Source of the DNA: Hemiscyllium ocellatum
Lineage: Eukaryota
Direction of reading: 5' to 3'
DNA: 64,000 nucleotides
Assembly (NCBI RefSeq): GCF_020745735.1
Contig: NW_026867498.1
Coordinates: 1,639,822 to 1,703,821, forward strand
Made by a program: the position numbers and the translations under genes. The stretch's first letter is position 1; each line of letters opens with the position of its first letter. Below the pieces are notes generated by a model that worked only from the letters and a program-made list of their open reading frames with translations, was not told where the DNA came from and searched no databases. Positions 13,443 through 25,030 of the stretch are shown here, piece by piece.

Positions 13443-13860
13443 TGAGGGTGTGGGCATCTGGCTGATAAAGTCTACAGCCTTAAAACTTGTCATTAAACAT
13501 TTAGACTAAAAGGTAATGCTGAATTATTGAATACATTTACTGCACTAGAAAATAAACAGGCAAGAAGGCTCAGAAAGAGGAGAGAACTTAAAGATAGGGA
13601 CACCTGGGCTCACCAAGTGATAACAGGATGCTGTAAGGCAATTAAGAAGGTTTGCCTCAGCATCGGTGAATCTGTGTGAACAGGACACCAAGTGATAACA
13701 TTCACAGCCGTTCCCTTGTGAGACCATTTTAGTGCTGAGGCTGTTGAATCCCGTAGAAAATTAACTCTTAGTGTTTATCTGCAATGGATTGTAATGAATG
13801 GCATTTTGGGACTTTATGATGATATTGAGTAGCCATTACTGGTTATTAAATACAAACTCT
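13443..13860 (+). mobile_element. Putative ERV 3' LTR (3' end not defined)
   Basis: Begins TG immediately after the PPT. No clear terminal CA was found. Mirror copy at about 60750-61167. Confidence 0.45.
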
Positions 13861-13891
13861 GTAAAAGGAAATACTGATAAAGTTTGACCTT

Positions 13892-14455
13892 ACTTGCTGC
13901 AGCCGAGACTCCAGCGGAGGCAATAGGCCGCGGGCACACTTCCGTCTTCGGAACGGCCTCGACCCCGCCCCCTCCGACGCCAATGCGACACGTAAACCCC
14001 GCCCCTTCCGAACGCAGCTCGTAAACCCCGCCCCTTCCGAAGGCAGCCCGTAAACCCCGCCCCTTCCGAACAAATCTCCTAATACCCGCCCCTTCCGAAC
14101 GCTGACAGTAAACCCCGCCCTTTCCGGACGCAGCACGTAAAACCTCGCCCCTTTCGAACGCAACTCGTAAACCCTGCCCCTTCGAGACAAAGACCCGGCT
14201 CTTGGAACCACACCCCGTCGCGCACGAAAACCCACCCCTTTCCTTGGTCCCCGCGCGAATCAAAACCATGCCCCCTACCCTCACGAGCAACCGCGCGGCT
14301 CCAGGCTCAACGCGCCGCATCGCCCGCTGAGCCTCGTCCCGCCCACTAGCGCGCGACCCTCTCCCGAGACACGCCCCGCCCATGAGCACCGCCCTCCCGC
14401 TAAAACAGGCCCCCAGGCTAAACCCCGCCCCTCCTGGTAAACCCCGCCCCCCAGG
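13892..14455 (-). promoter_or_regulatory. CpG-island promoter with GC-box array, ETS site and candidate first exon/donor
   Basis: CpG-rich, many CCCCGCCCC boxes, ETS core ACGGAAGTG, and donor CAA|GTAAGG at 13893. Points toward ZNF B. Confidence 0.7.
13992..14192. repeat. 29-bp GC-box minisatellite, 7 units
   Basis: gtaaaccccgccccttccgaacgcagctc-like units start at 13992, 14021, 14050, 14079, 14108, 14137 and 14167. Confidence 0.95.
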
Positions 14456-14602
14456 TGTATTTGGAAGCACTAGCTTCTGCAGCGCTGCTCCTTCTGCGGG
14501 GAGCTGTGCTGCAGGATCATAAGACACAGAATTAATAGCAAAAGATCACAGCGTCATGCAACCGACGCAATATTTGGAACAAACCTGGATCGCTGCTGAG
14601 TC

Positions 14603-14814
14603 CTTTTCCCATTGTTCGGATAGCGTAAGAATGGATGGACGGCTGTTCACAGCGCACACGCCAAAGACGAACTGAATGAGATCACGCGGGGCCCAAGAGC
14701 TTTTCTGTTCGTACCTTGAATTTCGTATGTACATTGAAGCAAAATTTTCGTACAATCCTGTTCGTAAACCGATTTGTACGTGAACGGGTTTGTTCGTATG
14801 TCGAGGCGCTACTG
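14603..14814. mobile_element. Truncated Tigger/pogo-like MITE (one TIR left)
   Basis: Reverse complement of 50045-50257. Retains TIR gttcgtatgtcgaggcgctactg. The other end was removed by the 9.8-kb deletion. Confidence 0.85.
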
Positions 14815-15524
14815 TGCTCTGTAAAAAGAGATTACAAAGGTCATTAGTGCAGGGTAGAAATTCAGAACAAGCAATTCTACTTTCTGTGGAATATTCTTTT
14901 CTTTTGTTATTCCACAAAATTGAAAGCACATCCCACTCTCCCTCCCCCTCTGTTCTCACTCGGCTCGAACTAATTCCCCTGAAGGTGCTGATTCAGGATC
15001 TTACGGGACAGAAAAGCAAAAACATCAAGACTGCCGTGTCTCTGAACTTTGGATACCTCCGCCTGAAAGCTAATATCTTTCACAATACTGGGATACTGCT
15101 GAGAGTGAGCAGGTCTGATTTTGGGAAGCAAAAAGAAAGTGTCAATTCAGGGTGAACCTGCCACGCAGCTTCTTGAGGAAGGACCAGAGACAAAATAGTT
15201 AACGGCCCCAGGAAGGTGGGAGCAAAATGAGACGTCAAGGCATTAACATTGAAAGTAGAGAGAAAGTCAACCTCCTGACTCTGGCAAACGCCAGAGTTAT
15301 AGAGATACATAGCACAGAAGCAGACCCTTCTGTCCAACACAATTGTACTGACCAGATATCCTAAATTAATCTAGTCCCATTTGCTGGCATGTGGCCCATA
15401 GCTGGGATCATCCCCACCCCCTGTCCTGAGACCTTGATGCCTCCAAGCTGACCCTCGAAGGTTTCGTTTGTCCTCCATTCTTTCCCAGTTGTCTTCTGTA
15501 GGTTTTGAAAACTTTCCCAATCCT

Positions 15525-16140
15525 CTGAGTATAGGATTTGGGAAGTTATGTTGTGGCTGTACAGGACATTGGTTAGGCCACATTTGGAATATTGTGTGCA
15601 ATTCTGGTTTCCTTACTATCAGTAAGATGTTGTGAAACTTGAAAGGGTTCAGAAAAATTTACAAGGATGTTGCCAGGGTTGGAGGATTTGTTCTATTTGG
15701 AGGCTAGGGCTGTTTTCCCTGGAGCGTTGGAGACTAAGGAGTAACCTTTATAGAGGTTTACAAAATTATGAAGGGCATGAATAGGATAAATAGCCAAGGT
15801 CTTTTCCCAGGAGGGGGTGGGTCCAGAACTAGACGGCATAGGTTTAGGGTGAGGGTCGAAAGATACAGAAGAGATCTGAGGAGCAACCTTTTCACACCGA
15901 GGGTGGTACATGTTTGGAATGAGCTGTCAGAGGTGGAGGTTAGTACAATTGCAATATTTAAAAGGCATCTGGATGGGTATATGAATGGGAAGGATTTTGA
16001 GGGATGTGGGCCAGGTGCTGACAGGTGGGACCAGATTGTTGGTCCCACCATGGATGAGTTGGACCAAAGGGTCTGTTTCCATGTTGTATATCTCTATGAC
16101 AGGTTGGACTAAAGGGTCTGTTTCTGTGCTGTATGACTCT
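15525..16140 (+). mobile_element. CR1-like LINE 3' fragment (intronic; paralogues at 25060-25660, 38700-39300, 48720-49335)
   Basis: Motifs LYRTLVRPHLEYCVQFW and RVVHVWNEL...FKRHLDGYM. Confidence 0.85.
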
Positions 16141-16599
16141 GGAACCATTTTATACTGGTCTTAAACCATGTTCTCGCCTTCCCCCACAAACATCCACTTC
16201 TTTGTTCAAAAATCAGATGAACTCAGCATTGAATATACTCAATGACACCCTAACTGCAGGAAGACATCCCACTTGTGAACTCAATTCCTCTTGCTAATAT
16301 AACGCTTGCCTTGCCGATTGCTTCCTACATCTGTCTGACAACTGGCAGTGACTGGAGTAGGAGGACACTGAGGCCTCTTTGCCCATCCACACATCAGTCT
16401 AGATGAAGGGCTCGTGCCCAAAACGTCAACACACCTGTTCCTATGATGCTGCCTAACCTACCGTGCTCTTCCAGTACCACAATGTTTGACCCTGATCTTC
16501 AGCATCTGCAGTTCTCACTTTCTCCACATTCAAATACATCTCCATTTAAACAATGCACCTCCTTTCTGTTTTTCTTTGCCACAGCCAAAGCTATAATTT

Positions 16600-17065
16600 C
16601 ATATTGTGGTCCTGTGTTTGCCAATTGTGGTCCTCTCTATATCGGGGAGAGCGAGCGCAAACTTGGGGAACGGTTCACTGAGCATCACAGCTGGGTCCAC
16701 AGAGCCGACAAGACCTCCCAGTCACCACCCATTACAATTCCCTTTTCTGACATGACCATCTTTGGCCTCCTCCATTGCCACAACGAACCTAACTGCAAAT
16801 TGGAGGGACCACACCTCATCTTCCAGGCAGCCTACAGCCTGAAGGACTCAACGTTGAGTTTTCCAATTTCAAAAAAACCTCCCTCCTTGTTCTTTGCCAG
16901 CAACCACATGCATTCCTCCCATTGACCAACCAGGTCGTAGCCTCTACCTGTCTTGACCTATCTCCACTTCACTCCCACCCCCTTTATGTGCAGCTTCTCC
17001 AGCCAGCCCCAGCCCCAGCCCCGAGGAAGGGTTACACCTGAAACGTCGACTTCTCCACCTCCTGT
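16600..17065 (+). mobile_element. Old Penelope-like GIY-YIG 3' fragment (paralogues at about 23880-24330, 40030-40500, 47800-48240)
   Basis: CGPLYIGESERKLGERFTEH...FGLLHC...KLEGPHLIF, ending in a decayed hammerhead-like gaagggttacacctgaaacgtcgac. Confidence 0.75.
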
Positions 17066-17212
17066 CTATTTTGCAAATTGAGACACAGACCTGGACCAGC
17101 GTTTCCAGAGTCTGTCCCCTTCTGGATTCACTCTCTTTTCTTTCAGTTGCTGCAAGTCAACAACTGAACCCCAGAATGAAAAAGACATGGAATGGGAGCA
17201 AAATAGTGCCGT

Positions 17213-17560
17213 ACTCACAGATCTGGGACAGAGGAAGGAATGTGCAGTCTGGGTAAAGCTCTGTCTTTATTCAGAGAGAGAGGATCAGGAGCTGCAGCTT
17301 GAGAAGCTCATGGTCCGACTTCCGCATTCAGACAATGGGCTGACTCTGATTGACAGAAGGACCAGGCTCCTTCCGGTCCTCCAAGGTTGCCTATTGGTCC
17401 ATCAAAAGAAGGTTTCGCGCCTTTTTTGCGTACAGCGATGAGCATGCTCAGTGTTTTGCTGACACTGGTAAGCATGCGCACTGCGTTGCTGACACTGGCA
17501 AACATGCGCAGTATGCTCTATGGGGATGTTGGTGTTCCTGACAGATTTTAAGTGTCCAAA
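17213..17560 (-). promoter_or_regulatory. ZNF promoter module (3x NRF1-like, E2F-like, 2x CCAAT, ETS) plus non-coding exon and intact donor; its ZNF exon is deleted
   Basis: gcatgcgca-type repeats about 30 bp apart, tttcgcgc, ctattgg and ctgattg, cttccgc, and donor ATCT|GTGAGT at 17218. Confidence 0.65.
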
Positions 17561-18019
17561 TGCTAACGGGGGAAAAAAAGAGAGCCACAATTTTTTTTTC
17601 CTGCGGCTCGATATTTGATTTCTTTTGCATTTTGTCTGGCTGCTCAACTTTTGTATGTCGTTTCCCCTTGTTGTGGGGGCAAGGCACCGAGACCAGAACT
17701 GGAGGGCATAGGTTTAGGGTGAGAGGGGAAAGATTTCTGAGGGTACTAAGGGGCAATCCTTTCACACAGAGGGTGGTATGTGGATGGAATGAACTGTCAG
17801 ATGACGTGGTGGGGGCTGGTACAATTACATCATCTGGATGGGGATATGAATAGGAAAGATTCAGAGGGATAAGAGGCGACATGCTGGCATCTGGTCGACA
17901 TAGACTGAAGGGTTTGTTTCTGTGCTCTACAGCTCTGTGACTCTATTTTTAGATAGTATGGAAAATAAAGAGCATGAAAGCATGGGAAGTGTTAGAGCAT
18001 GGAGACCATTTCCAGTTCA

Positions 18020-18908
18020 TAGAGTCATAGAGAGATGTACAGCATGGAAACACACCCTTCGGTCCAACCCGCCCATGCCGACCAGATATCCCAACCCAAT
18101 CTAGTCTCACTTGCCAGCACCCAGCCCATATCCCTCCAAACCCTTCGTATTCATATACCCATCCAAATGCCTCTTAAATGTTGCAATTGTACCAGCCTCC
18201 ACCACTTCCTCTGGCAGCTCATTCCATACATGTACCACTCTCTGCATGAAAATGTTGCCCCTTAGGTCTCTTTAATATTTTTCCCCTCTCACCCTAAACC
18301 TATGCCCTCTAGTTCTGGACTCCCCAGGGAAAAGACTTTGCCTATTTATCCTATCCATGACCCTCATAATTTTGTAAACCTCTATAAGGTCACCCCCACC
18401 ACCCCTCCAAGTCTCTGACGCACCAGGGAATCAGCCCCAGCCTGTCCCAATAGCTCAAATCCACCAACACTGGCAACATCCTTGTAAATCTTTTCCGAAC
18501 CCTTTCACGTTTCACAACATCTTTCCGATAGGAAGGAGACCAGAATTGCATGCAATATTCCAACAGTGGCCTAACCAATGTCCTGTACAACCGCAACATG
18601 ACCTCCCAACTACTGTACTCAATACTCTGACCAATAAAGGAAAGCATACCAAACGTCTTCTTCACTATCTTATCTACCTGTGACTCCACTTTCAAGGAGC
18701 TATGAACCTGCACTCCAAGGTCTCTTTGTTCAGCTACACTCCCTAGGACCTCACCATCAAGTGTATAAGTCCTGCTAAGATTTGCTTTCACAAAATGCAG
18801 CACCTCACATTTATCTGAATTAAACTCCATCTGCCACTTCTCAGCCCATTGACCCATCTGGTCCAGATCCTGTTGTAATCTGAGGTAACTCTCTTCGCTG
18901 TCCACTAC
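18020..18908 (-). mobile_element. CR1 LINE 3' fragment (mirror at 45955-46840)
   Basis: LQQDLDQMGQWAEKWQMEFNSDKCEVLHF...LVRPLLEYCMQFWSP. Confidence 0.92.
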
Positions 18909-19530
18909 AGTTGCAAAGGATAGTGGAACACTCTTACACCAATTTGCAGAGTAAGGTTGAGGCTGAAAGGTCACTATGGCAAGATGAGATAACACCGTTA
19001 GTAAAGTTAGCCTCATCTGCTAACTATCATTATTGGGACAATAAATATTTGGGACATGACATTAAATATCTAATTGTTAGTGAGTAGAGTCAGCCTGCTT
19101 GAAACTACTGACAATAAATATCTAATCATGACATTAGGAAAATATTAAGTAGGGTCTAGAATGAAAGACTGTTGTTGCAAAAGCTGACATTAAATCTCTA
19201 ACCGAGACATTGGAATAACATGAAGTAGAATGTACAACTAAAGAGATAATGGGAACTAACATCACAGGCTTATTGTGTAGCTAGACTGAGGTACGTTGAT
19301 AAATATAGTTGGACATGCTGATAAGCTAACACAAACATGATTAAAAAAAAGATATTTTAAAACCACAGACCCTGAGGTTTGTGGGCATTCGAGAATCTGC
19401 TTTTCGAGTGTCACGGTCTTTTTGTTTGCAAATAAACGACCTACTTCTTGAAGAACTCTCTGCGTCTCCTGGTCGTTCTCTACATTTTATCCACGACAAC
19501 AGTCGGAACCAATTTCATGGTACGAGGAGA
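18909..19530 (+). mobile_element. LTR-like element with possible tRNA-Leu PBS (copies at 22410-22858, 41504-41935, 45345-45955)
   Basis: AT-rich. The paralogue at 41504 begins TGTTG. AATAAA at about 19431 and ...caaca at 19501, then ...ttca|TGGTACGAGGAG, which resembles the Leu-TAA PBS TGGTACCAGGAG. Confidence 0.5.
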
Positions 19531-19949
19531 GAAAGACTCGCGGGGGGGGGGGGGGGGGCAAAGGGTGGGGTGAGAGAAAGACTGGGGGGGACAGAGGGTG
19601 GGGTGAATTTTAACTTCGTACACCCCAGTCCAACACCGGCATCTCCAAATCGGGGACGTAGTTCTTTGAAAGTTGCATCATTGCTGGACAGGGTGGTGAA
19701 GGAGGCGTTTGGCACACTTGCCTTCATTGTTCACACCGTTCAGTGTAGGAATTGGGACATCACATTGAGGTTGTACAGGATATTGGTGAGACCACGTGTA
19801 GAGTACTGAGTACACTTCTGGTCGCCCTATCGACGACCACAAGTTGACTGGTGACCTTATTTCGATTTATAAAGTCATGGGGCGTGTAGGAAAGGTAAAT
19901 ATCACAAGGGGGAAGAAAGGGTGGATCTCCCCTTTTTTTACTTCTCTTG

Positions 19950-20220
19950 GCACTTGGACACAAATTCTGTCAGTAACAGCAGCATCACCAGAGAGCATAC
20001 TGCGCGTGCTCCTCGCCGCACGCATCGCGACTTTCTTTTGGTGGACCAATCGGAAGCCCTGGAGGACCGGAAGGATATAGGTCCTCCTGCCAATCAGAGC
20101 CTTCCTGTTGTCTGAATGCAGAAGCTGGAACACGAGCTTCGGAAGGTGCTGCTCCTCTCTCTGAATGAAGATTGAGTTTGTTCCAGACTGCAACCTCCTT
20201 ACTCCGCCAGTACACCGCTC
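19950..20220 (+). promoter_or_regulatory. Diverged copy of the ZNF promoter module, donor degenerate (mirror at 44650-44925)
   Basis: One NRF1-like site, accaatcg and gccaatcag boxes, and ctgaatgcagaag. No adjacent ZNF exon. Confidence 0.55.
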
Positions 20221-23200
20221 TCTTCTCAACTCCTTTTTCATTTTTTTTTCATTCTGGGCTTCAATTTTTGACTTGCACCAACCGAACGGAAAGGGAAATG
20301 AATCCACGAAGTGGACAGAATCTGGAAAAGGTTTTCATAAACAGAGAGTGGTTCATGTATGGAATGAATGTCCAGAGGAAATGGTGGATGCACGTACAGA
20401 TGCAACCTTTAAAAGACGTTTGGATAAGTACATGAATCGGGAAGGTGCGGGGGGATATGGGCCAAACATTGGCAAGTGGCACTGAAACATAGTCAGCATG
20501 GAATAGTAGGGCTGAAGGGTCCGTTTCTGTGCTGTCTAACTAACTGTTCTGTCGTGGTCTTAAAACTTTCTTGCCTTCCACAATAAACGTGGTTATTGTA
20601 CCTGCATCCAACACATAAACCACTGTCAACAAAAAAAAATCACCTCATCTACACAACATAAAAATCCACACTCTGTTGTTCAAAAAAGAGATGATATATT
20701 GCCAAATGAGACCAGGTTAATTTAGGATATTTGGTCAGCATGGACGTGTTTGGTTGGAGGGTCTGTTTCTGTGCTGTTATCCTGGAATTGTCTCTGGTGA
20801 ATGCAGAAGTCTGGTTGGACTTTCAGAGCAGCTTTCCAAGATGGGTTGCCCTTACTGGAAGCAAAAGAAGTCACAATGAAGTATTTCGTTTGTGAGACAG
20901 CAACTGAGTGAGTGAGTACATCTGGGAGTTTGGTGGAAAGTGGGAATTTATTGCACGGTGGGGATGAAGCCCTACCCTACCCTACCCAGGATGAGACCAG
21001 GCCTTGAGTTGAGGAGAGTAGATTTAGGACAGAGATGAGGAGGGACTGCTTTTCCCAGAGAGTAGTCAATCCATGGAATTCCCTGCCCAAGGAAGCAGTA
21101 GAGGCATCTTCATTAAGAATATTCAAAACACAGTTGGATGGGTATTTGCATGGTATGGGAATTAAGGGTAATTGGGACAATGCATGGAGGAGGATCTCAG
21201 ATGACGCATATATCAGCCATGATCATAATGAATGGTGGAGCAGGTTCGATGGGCCAAATGGCCAACTACTACTTCTTTTACTATGAAACTCTAACCCTGC
21301 ATTTCCCATGGCTACCCCACCTAACCTTCACATGCCTGTACATTATGGACAATTTAGCATGACCAATCCAAATCAAGGCCGGTGAGCAATGTAGTGATGT
21401 GGAAAATGAACATCAGAGAACGATAGAAAGGGACAAGGTGAGTAAATGTACCAGCAATCAAAACCGGATTCTGAAGATCACAAAACTTGAAACTAAAAAC
21501 GATGTTTCTGAATGTGTGGTGCATTGTAACAAAATTGACTGCACACATTGAAGAGAATAATTATGATCTGAGACTCCTTACAGAGGCATGGCTTCAGGAT
21601 GACAAGGATTGCATCCTGAATATCAAGGTGATAGTCAAATGGGAAGCGAGGCTTGGCGCTGCTCATCAAAGCACTGATCACAGGGAAGTCTAGTGTTAGC
21701 TTGGATTCAGGTCCTGATTTCTCTGTCCTCTGATGTCCCTGTACCCACAGAGTAAGATATTGGTCTGTTCTGCTCTGCTGGATTTCTGCTGAAGCTTTGA
21801 CCCCCCCACCCCTACACCTTCTGGAACAATAAAACATTCAGTCAATTAAGACCCAAGCCACAATCCCCAGCCTGTCAACCATCCAGACACACAGTGTAGT
21901 CCTAGCTGGGACTTATGATTTATAACAGCTATGATTTATAAAAATATTTACGCCAGCAGAATTAAAGCATCCGTTATCAAATAGACATCGGGATATACAG
22001 CACGCAATAGACTTTACTCTGTCTCATTCACACACATAAACACGTACATCCATGGGAGTGAATTTGTATTTGCAGAATTATATTTGCAGATACATTCTAT
22101 TTTTCTCAAAATATGCACACCCTGCAGGCTGTTTAATCAGTTTGACCTATACTGATAACTTCAGGGATTTCTGAACTTGGACAGCAAAGACCCTTTGTTC
22201 CTCAGCACTCTGTAGGGATCTACTATTTATTACTTCCTTCCTTCTCTTATTAAATTTCGCAGAATGCCTGGAGATTAAATTCCATAGTTCTGCCCCATTT
22301 ACGAGCTGATAGATATCAGAGTGTATCCAGAGACCATCCTTTTCCCTAGGAACAATACAACCTTTCCAGCGTTTATTCCTGGACAGAGGAGGCAGTGTTT
22401 TCTCCAGCTGAGCAGTGTGTTTGTTAGCATGTCCAACTATATTAATCAAAAGTTCCTCACGCTAGCTACACAATAAACCAGTGATTTTAGTTCCCATTAT
22501 CTCTTTATTTGTGCCCTCACAGTTTTTCCTACATTCTACTTAATGTTATTCTAATGTCACAGTTGGAGATTTAATGTCAGCTTTTGCAACAACGGTCTTG
22601 CATTCCAGACCCTACTTAATATTTTCCTAATGTAATGATTAGATATTTATTATCAATAGTCTCAAGCAGGCTGACTCTACTCATTATTAATCAGATATTT
22701 GATGTCATGTCCCAAATATTTATTGTTCCCGTCCTGTCAATCATATTTAGCAGGTGAGGCTAACTTTACTGAATGTTATCTCATCTTGCCATAGTGACCT
22801 TTCAGCCTCAACCTTACTCTGCTAATTGGTGTAAGAGCTTTCCACTATCCTTTGCAACAAATTGGCAGTAGTCTCCATGTTCTAACCCTTCCCATGCTTT
22901 CATGCTCTTTATTTTCCATACTATCTAAAGATAGACTCAGAGTTGTAGAGCACAGAAACAGACCCTGCGGTCCACGCTGACCAGATGTCCCAATTAATCT
23001 AGTGATCCATTTGTCAGCATGTCACCCCTTACCCCTCTGAATCTTTCCTATCCATATCCGCATTCAGATGCATTTTAAATACTGTAATTGCACCAGCCTC
23101 CACCACTTCCTCTGGCAGCTCATTCCATACACATACCACCCTCTGTGCGAAAGGATTGCCCCTTAGGACCCTCAGAAATCTTTCCCCTCTCACCCTAAAC

Positions 23201-23339
23201 CTATGCCCTCCAGTTCTGGTCTCGGTGCCTTGCCCCCACAACAAGGGGAAACGACATACAAAAGTTGAGCAGCCAGACAAAATGCAAAAGGAATAAAATA
23301 TCGAGATAAAGGCAAAACAAATTGTGGCTCTATCTTTTC

Positions 23340-23700
23340 ACCCCGTTGGCATTTGGACACTTAAAATCTGTCAGGAACACCAACATCCCCAGAGAGCATA
23401 CTGCGAATGTTTGCTGGTGTCAGCAACGCAGTGCGCATGCAGTCTAGTATCAGCAAAACACTGAGCATGCTCATCGCTGGACGCAAAAAAGGCGCGAGAC
23501 CTTTTTTTGGTTGGCCAATAGGCAATGTTGGAGGACTGGAAGGAGTCTGGTCCTCCTGCCAATCAGAGTCAGCCCATTGTCTGAATGCGGAAGTTGGACC
23601 ATGAACTTCTCAAGCTGCAGCTCCTGATCCTCTCTCTCTGAATAAAGATAGAGCTTTACCCAGACTGCACATTCCTTCCTCTGTCCCAGATCTGAGAGTC
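23340..23700 (+). promoter_or_regulatory. ZNF promoter module upstream of gene C; donor mutated GT>GA
   Basis: gtgcgcatgc, ggcgcgag, ccaatag, ccaatcag and gcggaagt. Reads ccagatct|GAGAGTC at 23694 where paralogues read |GTGAGTAC. Confidence 0.65.
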
Positions 23701-24671
23701 AGGCACTCTCTTATCTCGCCCCCTTTTCCATTTCTTTTTCATTCTGTAGTTCAGTTGTTGACTTGCAGCAACTGAAAGGAAAGAGTGAATTCGGCAGGGA
23801 CAGACTCCGGAAACGTTGATCCAGGTCTGTATCTCAATTGGCAAAATAGTTAGGCAGGAGGCATCAGATGGTGGAGAAGTCGACGAATCGGTTGTAACCC
23901 TTCTTCAGGGCTGGGGCTGGGTGCAGAAGCTGCAGAGAAAAGGGGGTGGGGATGAAGTGGGAAAAGGTCAAGACAGTTAGAGGGTACGACCTGGTTGGTC
24001 AATCGGAGGAATGAATCTTGTTGGTGGCAGGGAGGAGGGCGGGGATGGGAATGGAGTCAGGGAATGGAGAGGGAGGATTTTTGAAATTGGAAAACTCAAC
24101 GTTGAGTCCTTCGGGCTGCAGGCTGCCCGGAAGATGAGGTGTTGTCCCTCCAATTTGCGGTTAGATTGGTTGTGGCAATGGAGGAGGCCAAAGATGGTCA
24201 TGTCAGAAAGTGGGTGGGAAGGAAATTGGAATGGGTGGTTACTGAGAGGTGTGGTCGCCCTCTGCGGGCACAGCTGCCATGCTCAGCGAATCGTTCCCCA
24301 AGTTTGCACTCGCTCTCCGATATAGAGAAGATCGCAATGGCAAATGCAGTACCACAATATGAAGTTATAGCCTTGGCTGTGGAAAAAAAACGCAGAAAGG
24401 AGGTGCATTGTTTAAATGGAGATGTATTTGAATGTGGAGAAAGTGAGAACTGCAGATGCTGGAGATCAGGCTCAAACATTGTGGTACTGGAAGAGCACGG
24501 GAGGTTAGGCAGCATCCGAGGAGCAGGAGAGTTAACGTTTTGGACATGAGCCCTTTATCAGGAATGATGTGTGGATGGACAAAGAGGCCTCAGCATCCTT
24601 CTACACCAGTCACTGTCATTTGTCAGACAGGTGTAGCAAGCAATCAGCAAGGCAAGTGGTATATTAGCAAG

Positions 24672-25030
24672 AGGAGAAAGTGAGGACTGCAGATGCTGAA
24701 GATCAGAGCTGAAAATGTGTTGCTGGAAAAGCGCAGCAGGTCAGGCAGCATCCAAGGATCAGGAGATTCCACGTTTCGGGCATGAGCCCTTCTTCAGGAA
24801 TGAGGAAAGTGTGCCAAGCAGGCTAAGATAAAAGGAAGGGAGGAGGGACTTGGGGGAGGGGCGTTGGAAATGCGATAGGTGGAAGGATGTTAAGGTGAAG
24901 GTGATAGGCCGGAGTGGGAGAGGGGGTCGGGGTGGAGAGGTCAGGAAGAAGATTGCAGGTTGGGAAGGTGGTGCTGAGTTCGAGGGTTGGGACTCAGACA
25001 AGGTGGGGGGAGGGAAAATGAGAAAACTGG
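24672..25030 (-). mobile_element. Young Neptune-type Penelope 3' fragment with pLTR (mirror at 39330-39695)
   Basis: Near-identical to 30330-30680. Carries CTGAAGA-agggctcatgccc-GAAACGTG. Confidence 0.85.

Noticed and set aside
13814-14527. 237-aa Gly/Arg-rich ORF and its mirror at 60302-60796
   Set aside because: They arise from the GC-box minisatellite. The unit is 29 bp, not a multiple of 3, and copy number differs between the arms.
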